Shown one piece after another: positions 13,201 through 25,200 of a DNA stretch of 64,000 nt. The first letter of the stretch is position 1. Each line of letters starts with the position of its first letter. Origin of the DNA: Chiloscyllium plagiosum (lineage: Eukaryota); NCBI RefSeq assembly GCF_004010195.1, contig NC_057731.1, positions 43,616,623 to 43,680,622 of the forward strand. The letters run 5' to 3'. The translations under genes were made by a program, and so were the position numbers. The notes beneath the pieces were generated by a model. It was not told the origin of the DNA and did not search any database. It saw only the letters and a list, made by a program, of their open reading frames with translations.

Positions 13201-16200
13201 TTATGTCGGCAAGCACATTATGAATCAGCGCAATACCAATGAGCTTGTTCATCCCAATGATGATTCACTATCAAAGTCGAACTCTTTGGTCGTTCTGCTA
13301 TAACACGCGTTTCATTAATCCAAATTCACGACAACGTGATTCATGAATTGGGGACACTGTTTCTATAGTGTGAACTTTTAAAGTGTGTATTGGCTATGAC
13401 GCAGTTCTAGTCCCATTAGTTTAAGTGGTGATGCTATTATGCAATTTTCTTATAACACAGGATTGCACAAGAACCGAACTACCACATTACAGCAGAACTG
13501 ACTGTACATCTAAAGAAAGCACATCAGAGGGACTCAAGCTTCGAGAAGCAAGTTACAGCTCACCTGGAGTTCCAATACGTCCTTTGGCAGTGGCGCTTGT
13601 TTAGCAAAAGCTATCACTGCAGCTTTTCTGCAAAGAATCTGAGCAACGTAGTTAAGGGCAGGCAACACTGTGACAATAGAGGAAACTAGCTTGGTTACGG
13701 AGTAACCCAATTTACAAAAAAGCACTCCTGATAGTGGATCTGATGCAATCCTCAATCATGTAGCAATACCATCATGTAGCAAATCCTTCTGAACTAGCTC
13801 GAGAATTCATAAAAGCTGATACCGGCCACATAACATAGGAGACTGTTCAGCATATCTGGTTTCTCCTGGCTCTCTCCAAACTGACTCACCTTGCCCCAGT
13901 CCCTTGCCTATTCCTGTCTCCCTGCTAACTATCCCAACTTATTTATTGACAATAGCTAAAAAGAGACAAAGTTGACTATCAGCAATCAGATGACAACTAG
14001 CTCAACTGTTAAATTTTAAAAACTCACAAAGTATTGGAAACAAGATTAAAAGTAAAGCCGAGGAACCAACCCAGCCTATACTTAAAATGGAAGATTCAGG
14101 AACTGGTCACCGCTCTGCTGCTGAGGGATCTGTTAGGGAGCAGTGACACTCACAGTAAGAACCTAGTGATATTAATATGACTAATCCACTCCCCCATCGC
14201 ATTTTTAATTACTCGTGTAACAGTATATTGGTCTCCATGATTATTATGAAACTCTTTCTGTTGAAAACATACTTGATAATAACGAAGACCTTTGTTCGGC
14301 TAAAGTTTAGTCAGAAAAAGGATACAATCTGGCCTTGGGCTTGGCTTAAACACATAACATTGGAGAGGATGTCACCCTTCTGCAGCCTCTCAGCAAGAAG
14401 CTGACAATTTGAGACATAGTCCGAGAGTTGTACCGTTGGGAGAAAGGCAGGTGCACGCTGTGGGAGAATGGAGACCTTCAGCCCATTCTCCACCTTCGCC
14501 AAGACTTCCACATCGACAATCTGAAACACATTTACCACAGTGAAAGCACATCAGCAGCAAAAGGAGCAAGGAAATGCATTCAGAAATAGGATACCAGAGA
14601 CAGAAGGAGGCCATTCATCACACACAACCCTCCCCGCATCCCCCCCCAAGCATAATGCTGCTCAATAATACAATCAAATGATGGCTGAGCTTAACTTCAT
14701 TTAATTCTTAGTTAAAAATCACACAACAACAGGTTATAGTCCAACAGGTTTAATTGGAAGCACACTAGCTTTTGGAGCGACGCTCCTTCATCAGGTGATT
14801 GTGTTGGACCTGTTGGACTATAACCTGGTGTTGTGTGATTTTTTACTTTGTACACCCCAGTCCAACACCGGCATCTCCAAATCATTTAATTCTGTAATTT
14901 TTAACCTCCTTGCTCAACAAAAAATTCTCAGCTTTGACAACCACCTGACGAAGGAGCGGTGCTCTGAAAGCCAATGCTTCCAATTAAACCTGTTGGACTA
15001 TAACACAACACAACCTGGTGTTGCGTGACTTTTAACTTTGTACATCCCAGTCCAACACCGGCATCTCCAAATCTTGACATTTGGAGACAGAGAGCATGAA
15101 AGGGGGAGGAAGAGTTTTGTTTTGACGATAAATCCTTAAACACATTGGTTAAGAAATCTGACTGATAAATCTTTTTATTTAAAACTGATACACAGGATTT
15201 AACTGGCTTCTCAATAACTGGAAAAACTAATTAGTTCTGAGGAAGGGTAATCAGACCTGAAACGTTAACTCTGATTTGCCTTCACAGATGCTGTCAGAAC
15301 CCGCTGAGCTGTTCCAGCAACTTCTGTTTTTGTCTCTGATTTACAGCATCTGCAGTTCTTTCAGTTTTTACAAAAATACAAACCTGGTTTCAAATGAATG
15401 CTTTTATTTTTGGGTTCATTCTGGTAAATGTACACTGCTACCTCATTAGCCTGTAACTACTGTTTTGTAGCTGGTATTCTAAGCTCCCAGGCCGAGATAG
15501 TATTTCAGTTACATCTATCAAAGCCCAATAATTGTTTGGTGAAACAAATTTCACTGTTCATTTGACAAGCCCATTGACATTTTTCCTACAGTCTACATTT
15601 TCTTCCTCATTATTAATCAAAGTTGCTGTAAATAGATAAATACCTTTCCAGTTGGGTACATTGAAGACTCATCAGCGTCAGTTCCCACCTTCTGTGTGGT
15701 TTTCATGGATAACAGCAGCTTCTCCTGAGTTGGGTCACACTTTAGGACAATGACCTTGACAACCTGGGAAGGGGGCAAGTCCAATGGTAAGCATGAGGCC
15801 AAAAGATCTTGGTACAGCATCCAAAACATCACAGGAACTGCTGCTCCACCCCTTCCATTCTGCCTCCCCAAGGCATGGAGAGTAGTCCCAACATGACATT
15901 ATCCCTTCTCATTGGCCATTATCATCCGAATCTATGCAGCCTCCTACTGACCACCTCCAGTCAGAAAGTTCCCCATCTGCAAACCCTAACATGGTCCCCT
16001 CTGAATAGACCTATCTAAACACTCAAAACACCTCCCTCACCCACCCCTACTCTGAACTATCCCAAACTCTGCAATGACTGCTGTCACTCTGAATCCATCC
16101 AAAACCAGCCTCCTTACTGAAGCACCTTTGCACCAATATGGTGACCTCCCACTTTGACTCCACCCAGTCTCCCCCGCAGACCGCCCTCACTCAGACCTAT

Positions 16201-19200
16201 CGGTCTCCCCACCGGTGACCGCCCTCACTCCGACTCTGCCTGGCCTCCCCCGCTAACTGCCCTCAGTCTGACTCTACCCAGTCGCCCCTGCTGACCGCCC
16301 TCAGTCTGACTCTACCCAGTCTCTCCTGCTGACCGCGCTCTCACCTGACCAACATAGAAGACCTTCTCCGGAAAGGGGATGGGCTGGGTACTCAGCTCCT
16401 GCTGAGGGACGAGCCCTCGCACATCACCATAGAAGCTGACGATGCAGCCATAGGGCTTCACAGAGACGATGTAACCGTGGGCCAGTTGCTTTGGAACAGC
16501 CTCCTTGTACTGGGTAATAACAGAAAGCTTTGAACCAACCAGCGTCTTCTTCAGAGTCAGGGTCAGTTTCTTGGTGCCACTGTTTACCATCAGTACCTGA
16601 GAAAGAAACAAATGTTTAATCCAAGAGGAACACTTCAGCTGAGTCATTCAGAAATATAGACATTTATCTTTGAGGAGTGATGATACTGCTGATTCCTCAA
16701 GGACTACACCCTCAGGGAAAAGAGCGGAGTCACATTCAGGCTGGACTGATCTGGGGGACTAGGCTCCTTCTTGGATCATAAACACACTGCACATTCAGCC
16801 TGTCCTGCACAGAGAACATATTGCACACTCACCCTGCACTTCACCAGATTTCCCACACTGTACAGCTTTTCTGGGTGTTTCAGGGGAATGTCTGACAGAT
16901 GTGTATGAGGCACCAGCCCCTGAATGTGGTCAGTTAGCTTCACGTGCATTCCATAACTCTCCAGAGAGGTCACTTTACCCTGAAAAGTAGCAAAATGAAG
17001 AATGTAGTCATTGGCAAATCTGTTGGAAAGATCCTAGCTAGATTCCATTCAACTCTCCAAAAATAGCTAGTTCCTGTTTACACACAAGACAGCAAATGCT
17101 GTCAAATCTCCGCAAGATGGGTTTTATTGAAAGGTCACTACATAATGGTCACTGGGTAAAGAGGTATCGGAATACCCAGATCAGACACTACTGAATATTA
17201 AGGCAAAGTAGGTCGGGGACCAAGGGATAGGTGAATAACATAGGTCATTGACTGTTGTATAGGCAGAGAGTTGTTCCCTCAGCATAGGCAGGTAAGTTCA
17301 GATATACTGAGATGAGGCAGATGCGCTGGAGTGGTAGGAAGGAACAGTTCACAGGAACCTTCTCAGCAATTCTCAGTTACACTGACCAAGTTTTCACAAT
17401 TTGTTCAGATCTGAAATGAGGATGGAGACACTTCAACAAGGTTGACGAGAGAGCGAGAGTGAGTGTGAGAGCAGCCAGGCTGGGTTAGCTGAGGGACTGA
17501 AAAGAGGAGAGCAGAGGAGAAAGAACGCTATTTTTGTTATTCTCAATTTGCAGCAACAAGATTCTCCTGGCAAAACCGAAGTCGTGAGCAAAGTCATGGC
17601 GGATTAGGAGGAACTCTAACCAATACCCAATTAGGAAAGACAGAAGGAATAAATGGAAGAGTGGTTAGTTAAGCAGCAGCTGGAGATAGCCCTGAGGCAA
17701 GAGAGCAGGACACTTTGGCACATGCCACTCGTTCATCCAGTCCTGCTGGAGGCTGCTTTGGGAATCTATATTTTCCAAAGACTGTACTGTTTATAAAGCT
17801 CTGGCTGTGAAGACTTACCTCAACCAGCTGTCCCAGCTGAATGTCCTGGTACTTCAAAAATTGGGCATCAAGAATGCTCCTAAAAATGAGAAACTCAAAA
17901 TCAAGGAAGGGCTGTGTGTTTATTACAGGAGTCAAGACATTATTCTTCAGTCTTTGCTATCAGAAACTGTTCTCGATTGAATTTGGTTTGTGCCATTTCT
18001 GTCCCTCTTGTTTGGGCTAACCACAAAGTGGAAAGCTAACTTGTTTTTAATTAAGAACACAATGGAAATGTCACATCACTAGAACAAACTATTGAAAATG
18101 GAACAAAACAGATTGCCTGTATGTAACCCAATGGCTTACCTGTCCTGGCAATGTTTGATTGAGACAATGTAGAGGGGTTTTACTCTGTATCTAACCCAGT
18201 GGTGTAGATGTGCTCCCTTTCCTAATCATTGTTGCTCAGTAAATGCCTTTGGGTATTGCTGACTCATGGTCTATGCCACCTGTTACCCTCTATTGAACAC
18301 AACGTCTCAGTATTGATGACCCTTCACACTCACTTTCTCAGAGACACCAGAGCCATCTGTTCCATTGGGCTGTGGTCAATGACCCTGCACCTGTGCCTGG
18401 AACCTTCACTGAAGTCTTTTGGGTCAAAGGGCATCGCAGTGCTCGACAGATGAGATTTCTGCAATGTTAGAAATTAACAATCAGTGATCTTGTGGAAGGA
18501 GGCAAAGTCACATGACAACAATACATGCCTACAATTGAAGAGGCAGGCTAATGAAACAGCACTTTTACACCAGACAGACCATCATATAAACTAAACCAGG
18601 TCATAATAAAACCAGCTTTACTTCATCTGCTGTCAGTGCTTAATCTGCAACACTTAGTGAAGAGTACAAGACTTTAACAACAAAGTGTAATTTGCAATGA
18701 AATCAGAAATGCTGGAAACACTTCGCAGATCAGGCAGGATCTGTGGAGAGAAAAAACAGAATTGATGTTTCTGTTCAATGCATTCTCACTAAGGCGCATG
18801 GAAAATCGGTCTTCCAGCAGAGCACAGGGTCTCAACCACAAAGGCAGCAATCATTCTCTGGGCTACAGCGTCGAAATAAGCTAGGGGAGATGTGGAAGAA
18901 GGTAGCACAGGTCAGCATTTTCTCACTAATCAGATCTCTCATTGTGCACCAGTTCAGAGATTTGAGAGAGAGGCCACAGACTGGTACTTCAATGTAGCAG
19001 CATCGCAACACCCCATTGTGGGAGGACAGCAAGGTAGCATCCCGCCTTTGGCAGGTGATTGGTGAGAAGACGACGCACTGTCAGCAGGACCCTCTTCCGA
19101 AGGTGACTTCCAACCAAGAGCCAGTCAGCTCTCACGTTGCAACATTTTAAAAATCAGGGGCTTAGCTCAATTCGCTATCCTATATCCATCTCTGAACCAA

Positions 19201-22200
19201 TGTTATTTTTAAAAATTCCAATGACTTCCTAAAAAAAACTATTCTATCTTATTTGTACAATTTTGCCATGCTCAAATTGGCTACCTTTTAAAAAATGTAT
19301 TCACAGGTCGTGGGCATTGCTGGCTGGACTAGCATTTATCGCCCATCCCTAACTGCTTTGTAGTGTTACATTATAGTTGTACTTCAAAAGTGCTGAACTT
19401 GCTGCAAAGCCCAGACGACATGAAAGGAGATATACAAATGCAAAACTGTTAACAGATTGAAATATCATTAGTGTTGACGCTCAATCCACGGACACAACTG
19501 AAGGGAGTTACTCACAGGTGAATAGGCAACGGTCCCATCATCCAGCTGAAAGATGACACCAGCTCCTTTGTAGTAACTCCGCACAGTGCATTGCTCGAAA
19601 ATCTTCCCAATCCCATGGGGGCTTGACTCCTGCAACATTGCCCCCGGATGTAGGAAGGCAGGCCGCAATGTCAGGTGTACAGCCTTTGTTTCCGGCTGCA
19701 CATACAGAACACAAGCTTTCACCTGGAACAGAGACACAATCCTGGTGATTTACTCTCAATGAGTTCTGTCTAATGGAGACAGCCAAGTTGATCAGCAACT
19801 ACGTGTCATAGGTAACCCGGTGTAAACTCCCACACTTGAAAAGGCAACTTTGGCTGCAGAACCCACACTTGGGGACCATGGAGCTGATGAGTGTGTGAAA
19901 GTGAAGGCAAGCTTTTAAGTGAAATCCATTGCTGGGGTCCTGGTCCCTGGTCAGCAACACCATTCCCATCACAACATTCACATCATGCAAGAATGTTTGG
20001 CTGCAGCATTCTGCACCTTCGATTCTCTGTCCTGAATTCAGTTTACAGCAATGTGGACCCTTGACAGAACGCTGTGGCACTCTCTAAGAGACTGCTGCAT
20101 GAGCACCAGTGTTTCCTGAAGTAACCTGCATCGCCCTTTGGGTCAGAGAATGAATTTCCCTGAATCAATCTAATTCTTTTGTTCCACTTCTCACAGAGAT
20201 TATGAAGTTGCTGGCGGTGAGCAAAACTAGAGGTGGTGCCAAATCAAAAGGGACAGAATCAACAGAGCAGCTGCTTCACGACAATTAACTTCTCTCTGCT
20301 GGCCAGGTGTAAATGGAATGAAATGTTTGAGGGTTTGATATGGTTCATCATCACCTCCTTATACTCATTCTCTCACTGTTCTGCTTCGTTGAGGTGGTGT
20401 ACAAATAGTTTCATCAAACTAACCTGCTGCCCGGGGCGGTAGGTCCTGACTCGCCGTGGATCCAGATGCATGAAATCGACTGTCCCACTCAAACCAGAGT
20501 TAAACTGCAGAATCAAACCGCAGGTATCCACCTGCAATCAATCAGCATAAGGTCTAGAACACAGGAGCTCAGAGCAAATCACTGTTACCAGAGGTGGATA
20601 GGCATGAGACAGACAGATCAAATGAGCCGATAAAAAGGGAGTGATACAGACAAAGAGAAAGNNNNNNNNNNNNNNNNNNNNNNNNNNNNNNNNNNNNNNN
20701 NNNNNNNNNNNNNNNNNNNNNNNNNNNNNNNNNNNNNNNNNNNNNNNNNNNNNNNNNNNNNNNNNNNNNNNNNNNNNNNNNNNNNNNNNNNNNNNNNNNN
20801 NNNNNNNNNNNNNCACAGGCAGACAGAGAGAGTGAGTGCGCCATCTCTGATCTAACATGACAAGATTATTAAGTATCCCCATTTATCATTAATGTTTACT
20901 TGACCAGGCTCTGGAATTTGAAGTTCTTTGGGATACTGTACACACCGAAACAAAAACTCTTAATGGCTCAAATGTGAAACTAAAACCAAAAGTGCATGGA
21001 ACTCAGAGGACAGATATCACCCAAGAGAGCAAAGGCTGATTGACATCATAACTACAGCCCTTCCCTGAATCTCTGCTCCTAGATAAGAGGTCACTTCTTT
21101 TATCTACGTCCAACTGGATCAACTTGAGGGGCTGATGTACAGTTTGAATTGAAGTTTGTGTACATATCCAGAGGACGTTACAGTTCCAGCACAGAAACAT
21201 TCGGTTTACAGCAATGTGGACATCCCACATGAGCTTGCTCCAATCCTATCAACATATTGCTCGATTTCTGTGTCCTTGGAAGCATTCACCTCAACCACTC
21301 GCTCCATTGGTGACCTCAATATTCTCACCACTCTGAGTAAGTAAACTCCATCTGAAACCCCAGTTGAAGCTATTACCATTTTGTTTTTATTGTCCTGAGC
21401 TTGGCCTCCCCCAGATGTCTCTCCTCTATAAATGACAGAAGTTCGATTAGGTATTCAAAGACCTCAAACAGCTCACCCCACATCTTATTTCTTTCTCTGG
21501 GGACAGGAATGGGGGACAACACACGTCCTAAAATCTGCACCTTTTGAATTTCAGCCCTGATTATCAGCCCAGGGAGCAGATTGGAGAGACTCCATTTCTG
21601 ATCTTCGGTTGCTGTTGCTGCAGCAACGTCAGTACGACGGACCGAGAGCTGGGCAATGCGGCCATCATTCTTCACTGACTCCACCAGTGTGGTTAGATAT
21701 TGACCAACACGGAGAGGCATGCCTAAGTGGGAGCAAATACATCAGGGCTTTGGTTACAAGATAAATTCAGAAATATCACAGCAAAGCACACAGCAAAGAG
21801 TACAGGTCAACACCCCAGTCAGAACCTCACCACTGCAATATAAACAGCTAGCTAGGTCTGGTTATCGAGCTATTAAGATGCATGCAGAGACATGAAAGGG
21901 TAATAAACAGACAGAATTTTTCAATTACAAACCAAATCCTCAGATTTCCTAGGTTTTTCAAACAAGTTAAAGTCTCTAGTCATCAACACAAGTGCACATG
22001 AATCACAAACAAGTTACAGAAACATTAGAGAGCTCTTGACTAGGTACAGTCAGCAGCTCCCAACAGCTGGACGCTAGACCACAGGAAACTGGTGCCATGG
22101 ATCAAGTTGGCTCTATTATATGTTTGACTGGTGTGCTGAATGAGGAGCGCAACATATCAGAGAGGGTTCACCTCACGGATTATCGGTGGAGACTCACCTC

Positions 22201-25200
22201 GATTTCTACTCTTTATGAACTCCTGGGTTTTCATGTGTGAGAGGAAAGCTTTGGTGGCTTTGACTCCAATGTCGACCAGATAGCCATGTTCCTCAACACT
22301 GGATACACAGCCTGAGAGTAGCTGCAATAAGATAGAGAAGCATGGCACTCAGAACACAATATTAGTAGTTGGTACAACTGAAACAAAGACAGATTGAATA
22401 TCTATCTTTCTGCCCTTCATTCCTGCTACTGAATATCAGTGGAACAATTCCCAGTAACTCCTACACCCTCACACTCATATTTGTGGGAAAGAAGGTTTAA
22501 ATAAAACAGGTCTCCACGCTGACATTTTGAAATGATTCTCAGAATTGATAGCATATACAGAACCAAAGATGAGGAATTGAGTGCATTTTTAAAAACAATA
22601 TTTAGCAAAAGCAGGTGTTTAAATGAATGCTAAAATAATTTGCAAATTAGCACAACTTTGTTTCCAGCCTAACTTTAACGGGAGATAAACATCACTATAG
22701 CAGCAGACAGAAAATACTCCAAATATTACTCCACCAATTTAACACAGGATTACCTCCTGGTCACAGTAAACATCATCCTCCTCTAATACCCCAGTCTCAA
22801 CCTGCGCTGCCACAGGACCCTGGGCTCATGAACAAATGACAATTTACGTGAATAAATTGAGTTTCTTTCAGTTGTGAAGAACAATAGAAAATAGACAATA
22901 GGTGCAGGAGTAGGCCATTCTGCCCTTCGAGCCTGCACCACCATTCAATATGATCATCGCTGATCATCCTTAATCAGTATCCTGTTCCTGCCTTATCTCC
23001 ATAACCCTTGATTCCACAATCCCTGAGAGCTCTATCCAACTCTTACTTAAATGAATCCAGAGACTGGGCCTCCACTGTCCTCTGGGGCAGAGCATTCCAC
23101 ACAGCCGCCACTCTCTGGGTGAAGAAGTTTCTCCTCCTCTCTGTCCTAAGTGGTCTACCCCGTATTTTTAAGCTGTGTCCTCTGGTTCGGCACTCACCCA
23201 TCAGCGGAAACATGTTTCCTGCCTCCAGAGTGTCCAATCCTTTAATAATCTTATATGTCTCAATCAGATCCCCTCTCAGTCTTCTAAACTCAAGGGTATA
23301 CAAGGCCCTGAACTGCTGTGCTCTTCCAGCACCACTAATCCAGAATCTGGTTTCCAGCATCTGCAGTCATTGTTTTTACCTCAAGGGTATACAAGCCCAG
23401 TCGCTCCAGTCTTTCAGTGTAAGGTAATCCCGCCATTCCAGGAATTGACCTCGTGAACCCATGCTGCACTCCCTCAATAGCCAGAATGTCTTTTCTCAAA
23501 TTTGGAGACCAGAACTGCACACAGTACTCCAGGTATGGTCTCGCCAGGGCCCTGTACGGCTGCAGAAGAACCTATTTGCTTCTATACTCAATCCCTCTTG
23601 TTATGAACGGCAGCATGCTATTAGCCTTCTTCACTACCTGCTGTACCTGCATGCTTACTGGTGTACAAGAACACCCAGATCTCTCTGTACTGCCCCTTTA
23701 CCTAAATTGATTCCATTTAGGTAGTAATTTGCCTTCCTGTTTTTGCCACCAAAGTGAATAATCATACATTTATCCGCATTAAACTGCATCTGCCATGCAT
23801 CTGACCACTCACCTAACTTGTCCAGGTCACCCTGTAATCTCCTAACATCCTCATCACATTTCATCCTGCCACCCAGCTTAGTATCATCGGCAAATTTGCT
23901 AATGTTATTGCTAATATCAGCTTCTATATCATTAACATATATTGTAAAAAGCTGCGGTCCTTGTACTGATCCCTGCGGTACCCCACTGGTCACTGCCTGC
24001 CATTCCGAAATGGAGCTGTTTATCACTACTCTTTGTTTCCTATCAGCCAACCAACTTTCAATCCAAGTTAGTACTTTGCCCCCAATACCATGCGCCCTAA
24101 TTTCGCACACTAACCTCCTATGTGGGACTTTATCAAAAGTTTTCTGAAAATCCAGGTACACCACATCTACTGGATCTCCCTCGTCCATCTTCAGAATTAC
24201 ATCCTCAAAAAATTCCAGAAGATTAGTCAAGCATGATTTTCCTTTCATAAATCCATGCTGACTCTGACCTATCCTGTTACTACTATCCAGATGTGTCGTA
24301 ATTTCATCCTTTATAATAGACTCCAGCATCTTTCCCACCACTGAGGTCAGACTAACTGGCCTGTAATTTCCTGCTTTCTCTCTCCCACCTTTCTTAAAAA
24401 GTGGTACAACATAAGCCACCCTCCAATGCACAGGAACTGATCCCGAATCTATCGAACTCTGAAAAATAATCACCAACGCATCCATGATTTCTCGAGCCAC
24501 CTCCTTCAGTACCCTGGGATGTAGACCATCAGGCCCCGGGGACTTATCAACCTTCAGACCTAACAGTGTCTCCAACACCAATTCCTGACAAATATAAATT
24601 CCCTTAAGTTCAGGTCCTTCAGCCACTGTTACCTCAGGGAGATTGCTTATGTCTTCCCCAGTGAACACAGATCTGAAGTACCAATTCAATTCTTCTGCTA
24701 TTTCTTTGTTCTCCGTAATATATTCCCCAGTTTCTGTCTTCAAGGGCCCAATTTTAGTCTTCACCATTTTTTTTGCTTTTTACATACCTAAAAAAGCTTT
24801 TACTATCCTCCTTTATATTATAGGCCAGTTTACCTTCGTACCTCATTTTTTCTCTCCGTATTTCCTTCTTAGTAATCCTCTGTTGTTCTTTAAAAGCTTC
24901 CCAGTCCTCCGTTTTCCCACTTATCTTTGCTATGTTATACTTTTTCTCTTTTAACTTTATACGTTTCTTAACTTCCCTCGTCAGCCACGGCCACCCATGC
25001 CTCCTCCTAGGATCTTTCTTCCTTTTTGGAGTGAACTGATTCTGCATCTTCTGCATTATACACAGAAATATCCGCCATTGTACCTCCACTGTCATCCCTG
25101 CTAAGGTATTACACCATTGAATTTGGCCAACTCCTCCCTCATAGCTCCTTAGTTCCCTTTATTCAACAGAAATATTGTCATTTCCGACTGTAGCCTCTCC

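Noticed and set aside
13255-13345. ATGATGA box C-like motif suggesting an intronic snoRNA
   Set aside because: Antisense to the host gene, overlaps a MITE, and has no convincing D box or terminal stem.
14709-15073. Repeated palindromic units resembling a CRISPR array or MITE TIRs
   Set aside because: Vertebrate intron, no regular repeat-spacer pattern and no cas genes. Variable long TSDs and linkage of related repeats to a Penelope ORF favour a retroelement origin.
21373-21540. In-frame ORF extension past the weak gtgcag donor
   Set aside because: Ends in a stop with no RRP5 similarity; the phase of the next exon fits the 21541 donor.
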